From positions 1 to 51,611 of the forward strand of contig JAADIO010000061.1 of the NCBI GenBank assembly GCA_013151235.1: a stretch of DNA of 51,611 bases, read 5' to 3'. The notes below the pieces were generated by a model, which worked only from the letters and a program-made list of their open reading frames with translations, was not told where the DNA came from and made no database searches. Each line of letters begins with the position of its first letter. Position 1 is the stretch's first letter. The DNA is from Deltaproteobacteria bacterium. Its GTDB lineage: Bacteria; CG2-30-53-67. The position numbers and the translations under genes are program-made. Shown here piece by piece: positions 39,536 through 47,834 of the stretch.

Positions 39536-40566
39536 CCGCTCTTTTTGCTGTAACGATGGACGGCATCGATAAATGCCTTCGCATGATCCTCCGGCGTGGG
39601 GGGGAGGATCCCGTGACCGAGATTGAAGATGTGCCCCGGCGCACCGCCGTTCAATTCGAGGATCTTTTGCACCCGCCGCTCAATCTCCGGAATCGGAGCA
39701 AAGAGGGCGGTGGGGTCGAGGTTCCCCTGGACGGCGGTTCCCGGTCCGAGAATCCGTCGGGCTTCATCAAGATCAATCCGCCAGTCGATACCGACCACAT
39801 CGGAGCCGGCTTCTTTAATCTTTGAAAGCAGGGCCGATCCGGTTCCCACATAATGGATCACCGGAACGTCTTCCCGGTTCACCCCTTCGATAACCCGCCT
39901 GGTGTAGGGAAGCGCAAAAATCTCGTAATCGCCGGGACTAAGAATCCCTCCCCAGGTATCGAAAATCTGGACGGCCTGGGCGCCGGCGGCGATCTGGGCA
40001 TTGAGATAGCGGATGATCGTCCCGGTGATCTTGTCCATCAGAGCGGCGTAGAGGTCGGGTTCCTGATACATGAGGCTCTTGAGGTGGATATAACTTTTTG
40101 AGCCGCCTCCTTCGACCATGTAGGTCGCCAGGGTAAACGGAGCACCGGAGAAACCGATAAGAGGGACCTTCCCTTCCAGTTCTTTGCGAAGCAGCCGGAC
40201 AGCCTCCATCACGAAGGGGACCGACTCCTCCGGGTCGGGAACACGGAGGGCATCAATCTGCGCCCGGTTCCGGATCGGGTCGGGAAAGAGGGGCGCCGGG
40301 GTGAACTTCAGTTCCATCCCCATCGGCTCGATCGGGATCAGGATGTCGGAAAAGAGGATGGCCGCATCAACACCGACCTCGTCCACGGGAAGCAGGGTCG
40401 CCGCGGCCGCCAGTTCCGGAGTCTTGCACATGGTCAGAAAGTCCGCCTTCTTCCGCAGCTCCCGGTAACTTTTCAGAAACCGGCCTGCCTGCCGCATCAT
40501 CCAGACCGGGGTCTTCTCTACCGGTTCGCCTCGGCAGGCCCGTAAGAACAGATCATTGAATGCCAT
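39532..40566 (-). CDS. hemE: Uroporphyrinogen decarboxylase
   Basis: PVWMMRQAGR, DAAILFSDIL, GFSGAPFTLATY, QGNLDP, IFNLGHGI. Confidence 0.98.
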   Translation of the reverse strand: MAFNDLFLRACRGEPVEKTPVWMMRQAGRFLKSYRELRKKADFLTMCKTPELAAAATLLPVDEVGVDAAILFSDILIPIEPMGMELKFTPAPLFPDPIRNRAQIDALRVPDPEESVPFVMEAVRLLRKELEGKVPLIGFSGAPFTLATYMVEGGGSKSYIHLKSLMYQEPDLYAALMDKITGTIIRYLNAQIAAGAQAVQIFDTWGGILSPGDYEIFALPYTRRVIEGVNREDVPVIHYVGTGSALLSKIKEAGSDVVGIDWRIDLDEARRILGPGTAVQGNLDPTALFAPIPEIERRVQKILELNGGAPGHIFNLGHGILPPTPEDHAKAFIDAVHRYSKKSG

Positions 40567-40594
40567 AACTTCTCCCTTTGAAAAGTCGATTCTT

Positions 40595-40874
40595 CACCAG
40601 ACGCAAGGAACGCAAAGAGAACGGGTAACTGATTGTTTTCGTTCTTTTTATTTGCTCGTCCAAGCCGTTGATCTTGACCCTGAACTTTGTGCCTGTGTGC
40701 CTTTGACCCGCTGTGTCTCGTCTTTCTTCCCCGTGACTCCCCGTGTTCCCTGTGGTTCAATGCTTTTGCTTTTGACTCTGACCTTTCTTTTCTCCGCGTC
40801 CTCTGCGTCTTTGCGGTGAGTGCTTTTCGCCTTTGATTATTGTTTCTCTCTGTGATCTCTGTGTGCTCCGTGAT
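40595..40874 (-). repeat. Compound orphan array of 8/9-nt repeat triplets inside the heme operon
   Basis: Minus strand: ATCACGGAG CACACAGAG ATCACAGAG; ACCGCAAAG ACGCAGAGG ACGCGGAG; ACCACAGGG AACACGGGG AGTCACGGGG; GGCACACAG GCACAAAG. One oppositely oriented module lies at 40595-40619. Confidence 0.7.
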
Positions 40875-40888
40875 AAAAGTGTTTCCGC

Positions 40889-41959
40889 CTACTTTTCTTT
40901 CCGCATCTTGATCGGAATATAATTGCAAAAGGGCTCTTCCGCCAGATAGTCTTCATGGATCGCGTCGGCCCGCGCCCGGCAACCACCGCAGACGTTGATA
41001 TATTCACAGGCGCCGCATTTCCCCTTGTATTTCTTGAAATCCCGCAGATCCCGGAACAGCTCCGAATTCTCCCAAATCTCCCGGAACTTCTTTGTTTTCA
41101 CATTCCCCGCCGATTTCGGGAAATAGCTGCACGGCTTCACCTCGCCGAAACAATCGATCAGACAGATCGATTGCGCCGCAATGCACCCCTTACCCCCGCC
41201 GGTGGAAAACTTCAGGCTTCGCCGCTCAAAGGGAATCCCCTCGGCCTTGGCCAGTTGCGGTACGAGCCGGTAGTAATGGGGGGCACAGGTGGGACGCATG
41301 AGGATCTCCTTCTCCTTCTTCTCCTGCTCGTAGTGCCATTTCAGGATCTCTTCGTAGTCCTCCTTGGAGATCAGCTCGGCGGTAATCGCCTCTCCCCGGC
41401 CGGTCGGAACGATCATGAACATGTACCACGCCGTCGCCCCCAAATCCTTCGCCAGATGGAAAACGTTGGAAATATCGGTTTGGTTCCGACGGGTAAAGGA
41501 GGAATTGATGATGAACTCAATGCCGTGCTTCTTCAAGGTCCGTGCGCCACGGAGGATCCCTTCGAAGGAGCCCTCACAGTCCCGAAAGTTGTCATGGATC
41601 TCCGCGGAGGAACCGTCGAGGCTCAAAGAGACGATCCGAATCCCCGAGGCCTTGATTTTCTCGCAGATTTTGTCATCGACAAGGGTCCCGTTCGTGGCCA
41701 TGCACATGCGGAGGCCCTTTCCAGTCCCGTAGGCGGCCAGTTCAAAGATATCTTTCCGCAGGAGGGGCTCCCCGCCGGAAAGAACGACGACAGGGCTGCA
41801 AAACTCGACAATGTCATCAATGAGCTTCTTCCCCTCCACCGTGGTGAAATCTCCCTCCGAAGCCGTGAGATCGGAGGAACAACGGCAGTGAACACAATGA
41901 AGATTGCACCGCTGTGTCGTCTCCCAGGCAATCCATTTGGGGATAAATTCTTTGGTCAT
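40889..41959 (-). CDS. Radical SAM/SPASM protein of the AhbD/NirJ-like heme-biosynthesis group
   Basis: [39 protein letters not shown]...[22 protein letters not shown]; first gene of the rSAM-hemE-hemH operon. Confidence 0.85.
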   Translation of the reverse strand: MTKEFIPKWIAWETTQRCNLHCVHCRCSSDLTASEGDFTTVEGKKLIDDIVEFCSPVVVLSGGEPLLRKDIFELAAYGTGKGLRMCMATNGTLVDDKICEKIKASGIRIVSLSLDGSSAEIHDNFRDCEGSFEGILRGARTLKKHGIEFIINSSFTRRNQTDISNVFHLAKDLGATAWYMFMIVPTGRGEAITAELISKEDYEEILKWHYEQEKKEKEILMRPTCAPHYYRLVPQLAKAEGIPFERRSLKFSTGGGKGCIAAQSICLIDCFGEVKPCSYFPKSAGNVKTKKFREIWENSELFRDLRDFKKYKGKCGACEYINVCGGCRARADAIHEDYLAEEPFCNYIPIKMRKEK

Positions 41960-42049
41960 AGGTTTCCCCTGTCTCCGGTATAATATTCACGTATCTGTAT
42001 ATTTTTATCACAAAGAACAGCTGAATTCAATCCGAATAGCATTATATTT

Positions 42050-42973
42050 CTACCAGATCCTCACCCGCGCCTTGATCCCCCGCTTTTCCATTATATCCTT
42101 TATATCCGGGACATCCTCCACGAAGAAGTGGTCCACATGGTCCAGGGAGGTCTTGAGGCGCCCGGAGAGATCCTGGAAATCGTCCAGGGTGCCGGGAAGT
42201 TTCTCCGAGACGATGGAGAGATTCTTCATCGTCTTCCCGAGGTTTTCGGCAAGGTCGGGTGACTTCTTTTCAAGATCGGACGTCAGTTTCTCCAGGCGGG
42301 CAAGGATGAGATTCAGGTTCTTCGCCGTCTTTGGAGCATTCTTCCCGAAGGAAACGGAGATCCGCTCCAGGTTGTGAATGGTGCGGTTCAGCGATTCCTT
42401 GTTGTCGGAGATCAGATCCTTCGCATCCCGGGTCAGTTGATCCAGGTTCCCGATCGTCCGGTCCAGCTTCCCGCTGTTGTCGGCCAGGGTCTTCACCACC
42501 CGGCTCAAATTGTCCGCGAAGCCTTCGGCCTCAAAACGGTCAATGAAATGCCCGACCTTGTCGACAAACTGATTCATGTCGATTGCCTTGGTCGCCTTCG
42601 TGATCACATCACCGTCCCGCAAGGGGCCGGCCGTGCTCTCCGCCGGGATGATCAGTTCCAGAAAATTCTCCCCTAACAGGCTTTCGGGACGGATCTTCGC
42701 CTCCACATCACGGGGGACCACCACATCTCCGGTCAGACGGATCTTGACTTCCGCCTTCCCCCCCCTGAAGGCCAAGGAGGTAATCTTCCCGAAGTTCACC
42801 CCCTTGATCTTCACGTCCCCCCCCTTCTTCAGCCCCGTGGCGTCATTAAAAACGACCGTCACCTCACGCCCCTGATGCAGAGAAAAGGATCCGACTTTGA
42901 AAGCGAGGTAAAAAAACATTGCAATGGCAAGGAGAACGAACATACCGAGTATGACAAAACGATTCCGGCCCAT
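42050..42973 (-). CDS. MlaD/MCE-domain protein with long helical extension
   Basis: N-terminal TM, F.DATGL..G..VKIKGV..G, SLLGENFLEL.P, heptad repeats. Confidence 0.9.
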   Translation of the reverse strand: MGRNRFVILGMFVLLAIAMFFYLAFKVGSFSLHQGREVTVVFNDATGLKKGGDVKIKGVNFGKITSLAFRGGKAEVKIRLTGDVVVPRDVEAKIRPESLLGENFLELIIPAESTAGPLRDGDVITKATKAIDMNQFVDKVGHFIDRFEAEGFADNLSRVVKTLADNSGKLDRTIGNLDQLTRDAKDLISDNKESLNRTIHNLERISVSFGKNAPKTAKNLNLILARLEKLTSDLEKKSPDLAENLGKTMKNLSIVSEKLPGTLDDFQDLSGRLKTSLDHVDHFFVEDVPDIKDIMEKRGIKARVRIW

Positions 42974-42990
42974 GAGGTCCCTCTCATAAT

Positions 42991-43023
42991 TCCGCTGTCA
43001 GCAATCCGCTGTCAGCAATCCGC
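42991..43023. repeat. 14-bp tandem direct repeat (TCCGCTGTCAGCAA x2.4)
   Basis: Seen directly in the mlaF-mlaD spacer. Confidence 0.8.
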
Positions 43024-43070
43024 CAAAAAACACCATTGTTTCCCTTGCATCCCATCAATGCAGATCAAGA

Positions 43071-43835
43071 TCAAGATTCACAGACAGGCGGCACGATCTG
43101 AATCGGCCCCTCCGAACTGCGGCCGAAAAACTGCTTTAACACATCATTGTCCATGGTACGGACCTCCTCCTTCGATCCGAAGGCCACCAGTTTTCCCGCC
43201 CAGAGCATCCCGATATAATCTGCAATCTTGAAGGTACTTTGAATATCATGACTGACAACGATGAAGGTACATTTCGAACGTTGCTGCATCTCCAGGATCA
43301 GGTTATCGATCGAATCGGCCGTCACCGGATCAAGCCCCGATGAAGGTTCGTCGAAAACGACAATGTGGGGCTCCAGGGCAATGGCCCGGGCCAGCCCCAC
43401 CCGGTTCCGCTGCCCACCGGAAAGTTCCGAAGGCCACCGGCAATCGGAATTGGCCATCCCCACGGCGGCCAGTTTTTCGGCAACAATCTCACGGATTTCA
43501 TCCTCCGGCAGGTTCCGATGCTCCCGTAAGGGAAAGGCCACATTCTCCCCCACGGACATGGAGTCGAAAAGTGCCCCGTTCTGAAAAAGGACGCCGAACT
43601 TCTTCCGGAACTCGTAGAGTTCTCCGGGAGGCATACGGGAAATCACCTCTCCGTCAACAATGACCTCCCCGGCATCGGGCTTCATCAGACCGACTAAAAG
43701 CTTGATGAAGATGCTCTTGCCCGTACCGGACGGCCCGATAATCATGGTGATCTTCCCCTCGGGAATCACGCATGAGACATCATCGAGGACCACAAGGTCA
43801 TCGAAGGCCTTGCTGACATGACGGTATTCAATCAT
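43071..43835 (-). CDS. mlaF: MlaF/Mkl-type ABC transporter ATPase
   Basis: GPSGTGKS, LFQNGALFDSM, PSELSGG, DEPSSGLDP. Confidence 0.9.
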   Translation of the reverse strand: MIEYRHVSKAFDDLVVLDDVSCVIPEGKITMIIGPSGTGKSIFIKLLVGLMKPDAGEVIVDGEVISRMPPGELYEFRKKFGVLFQNGALFDSMSVGENVAFPLREHRNLPEDEIREIVAEKLAAVGMANSDCRWPSELSGGQRNRVGLARAIALEPHIVVFDEPSSGLDPVTADSIDNLILEMQQRSKCTFIVVSHDIQSTFKIADYIGMLWAGKLVAFGSKEEVRTMDNDVLKQFFGRSSEGPIQIVPPVCES

Positions 43836-43837
43836 AA

Positions 43838-44611
43838 TTACATAAACATGATCTGCGTCAGGACAATATTGATAAAAACGACCGCCGTGGACATCCGGAC
43901 CACGGCAAGGTTTGTCGCCACCCCCACTCCCCTGGCCCCGCCCGAGGCGGTATAGCCGCTGTAACAGGAGACGGTCGTTACGATCGCTCCGAAGACCGAC
44001 CCCTTGACCATCCCCTTCAGCAGATCCTGAATCGTAATATTGGCGAACACAAGATCCATGAAGGCGCTTCCATTCAGATGGAGTTGAAAAACCGCCACGA
44101 GATATGCTGCAAGAGTACTCACAAAATAGGTAACCACCACCAGGAGCGGAAGAACCAGAATGGCAGCGAGAATCCGTGGAAGGATCATGTAGGGATAGGG
44201 ATTGACCCCCATCACCTCAAGGGCGTCGATCTGTTTCCCGATCCGCATGCTCCCGATCCTCGCCGCCATTTGCGTTCCCGCCTTGGCCCCGGCAATCAGC
44301 CCGGCAATCATGGGGGAAAGTTCGCGGATATTCGCTACGGCTACGAACATTCCCACCAAGTCCTGTGCCCCGAACTTCTTGAAGATGACATACCCTTCCA
44401 CGCAGAGATTCATGCCGATGAAGGCCGCCACCGGGAAGAGGACCGGCAGGGACCGGCTGCCGATCGTGTTCATCTCATCAATGAAGTTTAGAAAATAGAA
44501 CTTCCGGGAAAAAAGGCTCCGGACCGACTCCATGAGAAAGAAGGCAAACCGGCCGAACTCCTCGAAGAGAAAATCAAGAAGCCCGCGGGACTGGAGGGAG
44601 GGTAAGGCCAT
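43838..44611 (-). CDS. mlaE: MlaE-family ABC permease (paralog B)
   Basis: IRELSP, IGSMRIGKQIDALEVMGVNP, PR, GGARGVG.AT..AVV. Confidence 0.9.
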   Translation of the reverse strand: MALPSLQSRGLLDFLFEEFGRFAFFLMESVRSLFSRKFYFLNFIDEMNTIGSRSLPVLFPVAAFIGMNLCVEGYVIFKKFGAQDLVGMFVAVANIRELSPMIAGLIAGAKAGTQMAARIGSMRIGKQIDALEVMGVNPYPYMILPRILAAILVLPLLVVVTYFVSTLAAYLVAVFQLHLNGSAFMDLVFANITIQDLLKGMVKGSVFGAIVTTVSCYSGYTASGGARGVGVATNLAVVRMSTAVVFINIVLTQIMFM

Positions 44612-44620
44612 ATTTGCATC

Positions 44621-45400
44621 CTAGAAACTGAAGCCGAAAAAGGCTGTCGTCAGGAAATAGTTCATCACCATGATGGAAACCACCGAAGAGACGACGGTAT
44701 CGTTCGTCGCCTGCCCCACACCGGCCGCCCCGTCCCGGACATGGAAACCGTAATAACAGGAGATGAGGATCACCAGGAGCCCGAAACAGGCCGCCTTGAT
44801 AATTCCGCCGCTAATGTCCGTCATGCTCAACCATTTGAAAAGGTTCCCCATGAAACCACCGCCGTTGGAGCCTTGCACCATCACCGTGATGACATAGCCG
44901 CCCATGATCCCCGTAAAGGTGCCGATCAGGGTTAATATGGGGGTAATCAGGAGACCCGCCAGCATGCGCGGGACAATGAGGGCCTTATAGGGATTGACGG
45001 CCATGACCTCATAGGCGTCGATCTCTCCCTTGACCCGCATCGCTCCCAATTCGGCGGCAATCTCCGCCCCCGTCTGGGAGGCAACCATGATCGCCGTCAT
45101 CACCGGAGCAATCTCCCGGAACAGTGTTACGGAGAGCAGGCTGCTTGTCATCGTCGTAGCACCGAAGATTGCAAAGACCTTGAGACTCTCCATGGCCATC
45201 ACGGCACCCATGGGAGCAAGGACAAAGAGGATCGGGACCATGCAATGAACGCACATCCGTTCCATCTGTTCCAACAGGTTTCGGAAATAGAATTTCGGAG
45301 AGAAGACCGCAAACAGGACGTCCAGAAAAAATCGGGCGATCCTCCCCAGAGCTGGAACCACGGGGAAGTAGCGGGTAATCATCTCGGCAGCCCATTCCAT
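44621..45400 (-). CDS. mlaE: MlaE-family ABC permease (paralog A)
   Basis: REIAP, AELGAMRV..EIDAYEVMAVNP, GAAGVGQAT..TVV. Confidence 0.9.
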   Translation of the reverse strand: MEWAAEMITRYFPVVPALGRIARFFLDVLFAVFSPKFYFRNLLEQMERMCVHCMVPILFVLAPMGAVMAMESLKVFAIFGATTMTSSLLSVTLFREIAPVMTAIMVASQTGAEIAAELGAMRVKGEIDAYEVMAVNPYKALIVPRMLAGLLITPILTLIGTFTGIMGGYVITVMVQGSNGGGFMGNLFKWLSMTDISGGIIKAACFGLLVILISCYYGFHVRDGAAGVGQATNDTVVSSVVSIMVMNYFLTTAFFGFSF

Positions 45401-45637
45401 GACGGTTCATCACCCCTTTAACCTGAGAACTTTCGCTTCGGAAGATCTTGACAGCTCTTTCAGCGATCTTTAGAACCGGGCCTATCATAGTATGAAAACC
45501 GTTGATTTGTCAACAAAAGGGGGAGCGAAGGAGGCTCTTTGCACACCGGTCGAGAATATGATTTCATTGACAAGGCAGCACGGACATAGTATGAAAGAAA
45601 AGTCGTCACCTCCATCACACTTTACGAAAGAGTCACC

Positions 45638-45772
45638 ATGAACCCCCGCCTCCGGAAATGTATGGGGATACTTATTTTGACCGTAGCCTGCGGCGGAGAA
45701 AAAAGCAAGACCTGCACGACACCGGAGGAAAAGGTCAAAACCTCCCAGGGGGAACCAACATTCAGATTATGA
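45638..45772 (+). CDS. Unannotated 44-aa small ORF with lipobox-like N-terminus
   Basis: MNPRLRKCMGILILTVACGGEKSKTCTTPEEKVKTSQGEPTFRL*; lies between a TTGACA box (45567) and the radical SAM gene; below the ORF-track cutoff. Confidence 0.4.
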   Translation: MNPRLRKCMGILILTVACGGEKSKTCTTPEEKVKTSQGEPTFRL

Positions 45773-45788
45773 AAGCAGGAAAATAATT

Positions 45789-47108
45789 ATGCCCTCATCC
45801 CCAAAAAGACCCTTACTGCTCTTAATCCAGCCCGCACAGGAAAGTGACCGGCTCGGGACAAAACGGAGGCGTACGACCGGCTTTCCGAAGGTCACCCTTC
45901 CTCTGCTTGCCGCCTATGCGGAGGAACGCTTCGATGTCCGTATCGTGGATGAAAGTGTGGACGACATCGACTTCCGTATGAAGCCCGACCTGGTTGCAGT
46001 AACGGTCCTGACCCTGACGTCTAAACGGGCCTATGAAATCGCTGATGCCTTCCGGAAAGAGGGAGTCAAAGTTGTCCTCGGGGGTCCCCATGTCTATTTC
46101 TTCCCGGAAGAAGCGGCAAAGCATGCGGATGCGCTTGTCCTGCGGGAGGCCGAAACGGCCTGGCCGCCACTCCTGAAGGATTTCTTAAACGGCGACATGA
46201 AGGCCCGATACGAAGGGGAGCACCTGCACGATATGAAAGGGCTTCCCCGTCCCCGGCTTGAGTTGCTCAGACGCAATGCCTACCACACTGTGAACGTGAT
46301 CGAAACGGGAAGAGGATGTCCGCACCGATGTACATATTGCAGTGTAACACTCTACTGGGGACATACATTCAGATTGCGACCGATTGAAGAGGTCATCGAG
46401 GAGATACGTTCCATGCCTCCGGGGGAAATCGCTTTTATCGATGACAATATCATCGGCTCACCCAGGCGTGCCAAAGAACTTTTTCGAGCCATTACCCCGC
46501 TGAAACGGACCTGGGCCAGCCAGGCGGACCTCAAGATCGCAAGGGATCCCGAACTCCTCCGGCTCTGCGCCGAAAGTGGATGCCGCTGGTTGTTCATGGG
46601 TCTTGAGAGCGTCAATTCAGAAAACATCGCCGACGTGGGAAAATCCCGAACGAATCCCGTGGAAGAGTACGCAGCGTCCATTGCCACGATTCATCAGGCG
46701 GGGATCAAAGTCTTGGGCTCCTTCATCTTCGGCCTCGACCATGACACAAGTGACGTGTTTGATAACACCGTCGATTTCTGTATCCGCAACGGACTGGCTG
46801 CAGCAAACTTTTATATTTTCACACCCATGCCGTTCACAAAGCTCTTCGACGAGATGAAGGACGATGGACGCATACTTCACGAAGACTGGTCGAGGTATGA
46901 TGCCAACCATGTGGTCTTCAAACCCAAAAACATGACCCCGGAGGAACTGATGGAAGGATACCTCGGGGCCTACCGGTCGTTCTACGGAACCTCCTCGATC
47001 CTTCGGCGGACATTGCAGCACCTGCCGAGACGGCCTCTGCAAGTTCTTGCCTACAACCTGGCCCGAAAATTTCACTACAAACGTTTCCGGGAAGTATGCG
47101 AATGGTAA
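45789..47108 (+). CDS. B12-binding-domain radical SAM protein
   Basis: VVLGGPH cobalamin-binding fold, GRGCPHRCTYC, DDNI, GLES, SFIFGLDHD. Confidence 0.92.
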   Translation: MPSSPKRPLLLLIQPAQESDRLGTKRRRTTGFPKVTLPLLAAYAEERFDVRIVDESVDDIDFRMKPDLVAVTVLTLTSKRAYEIADAFRKEGVKVVLGGPHVYFFPEEAAKHADALVLREAETAWPPLLKDFLNGDMKARYEGEHLHDMKGLPRPRLELLRRNAYHTVNVIETGRGCPHRCTYCSVTLYWGHTFRLRPIEEVIEEIRSMPPGEIAFIDDNIIGSPRRAKELFRAITPLKRTWASQADLKIARDPELLRLCAESGCRWLFMGLESVNSENIADVGKSRTNPVEEYAASIATIHQAGIKVLGSFIFGLDHDTSDVFDNTVDFCIRNGLAAANFYIFTPMPFTKLFDEMKDDGRILHEDWSRYDANHVVFKPKNMTPEELMEGYLGAYRSFYGTSSILRRTLQHLPRRPLQVLAYNLARKFHYKRFREVCEW

Positions 47109-47149
47109 CCGCCGCAATCCTGTCCGCTGAAAAAAAGACAAGAATTCCC

Positions 47150-47178
47150 TTGACATGATGATCCGGATGTGGTCTACT
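47150..47178 (+). promoter_or_regulatory. sigma70 promoter for the cold-shock gene
   Basis: TTGACA-17 bp-TCTACT with an extended TG. Confidence 0.5.
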
Positions 47179-47230
47179 GTGAGGCATAGTTTGGGTTGTG
47201 CAGATATATCATCGTAAATCAGATAAATAT

Positions 47231-47271
47231 AAACCGCACAGATTGTCAAACCTGTGCGGTTTTCTTTTTTT
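47231..47271 (+). terminator. Intrinsic terminator-like hairpin in the csp leader
   Basis: AAACCGCACAG-loop-CTGTGCGGTTT followed by TCTTTTTTT. Confidence 0.7.
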
Positions 47272-47332
47272 GGTCATCGGTCAAAACTGCACATTGGGTT
47301 ATTGTTTTATACCGAAGACAAAGGAGAACAAA

Positions 47333-47533
47333 ATGTCAGAAGGTACAGTGAAGTGGTTCAACGACGGCAAGGGTTTTGGTTTCATTGAGCAGGAAGATGG
47401 TCCTGACGTATTCGTCCATTTTTCCGAGATTCAGGATGAAGGCTTCAAAACCCTGGAAGAAGGTCAGAAGGTCAGCTTTGAAGTCAGCCAGGGGCAGAAA
47501 GGCCCCCAGGCCTCCAAAGTGATCAAGATGTAA
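47333..47533 (+). CDS. Cold-shock protein (CspA family)
   Basis: [18 protein letters not shown]...DVFVHFS...GQKGPQA; RBS AAGGAG. Confidence 0.97.
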   Translation: MSEGTVKWFNDGKGFGFIEQEDGPDVFVHFSEIQDEGFKTLEEGQKVSFEVSQGQKGPQASKVIKM

Positions 47534-47556
47534 CTCTTAAACAGAGGTTACGAACC

Positions 47557-47590
47557 AAAAAGCTCCGAGGGAAACCACGGAGCTTTTTTT
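47557..47590 (+). terminator. Intrinsic terminator after csp
   Basis: AAAAAGCTCCG...CGGAGCTTTTTTT. Confidence 0.85.
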
Positions 47591-47620
47591 ATGCCCTCAT
47601 TTGCTTCGCACACAAGATTT

Positions 47621-47798
47621 AATGGTGTCGTAAAAGTTGCTCACAAAGTTCCGTTCATGGTTCGACAGGCTTCCGAGCATGGTGAGCTTGCCGAACCACA
47701 CGAACGGAATATCAATAACTTACACCGTTCGTCCTGAGCGGGCCTGTGCTGAGCCGGCCGAAGGGTCGAAAGGCTTCGTAACTTTTTACGACACCATC
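47621..47798 (+). mobile_element. MITE copy 2 (178 bp, internally expanded)
   Basis: TIRs AATGGTGTCGTAAAAGT / ACTTTTTACGACACCATC; flanking duplication AAGATTT at 47614-47620 and 47799-47805; IHF consensus TATCAATAACTTA. Confidence 0.88.
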
Positions 47799-47834
47799 AA
47801 GATTTCGGAATCCCCAAAGTTGACCACAGCGGGA

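Noticed and set aside
40595-40874. Repeat arrays as a possible CRISPR or TIGR-like array
   Set aside because: There is no constant repeat with regular unique spacers and no cas-like gene; the units are degenerate 8-10-mers.
42991-43023. 14-bp tandem repeat, and TCAGC heptamers at 20331-20349, as regulatory operators
   Set aside because: Too short to assign a function; probably minor members of the short-repeat families already reported.
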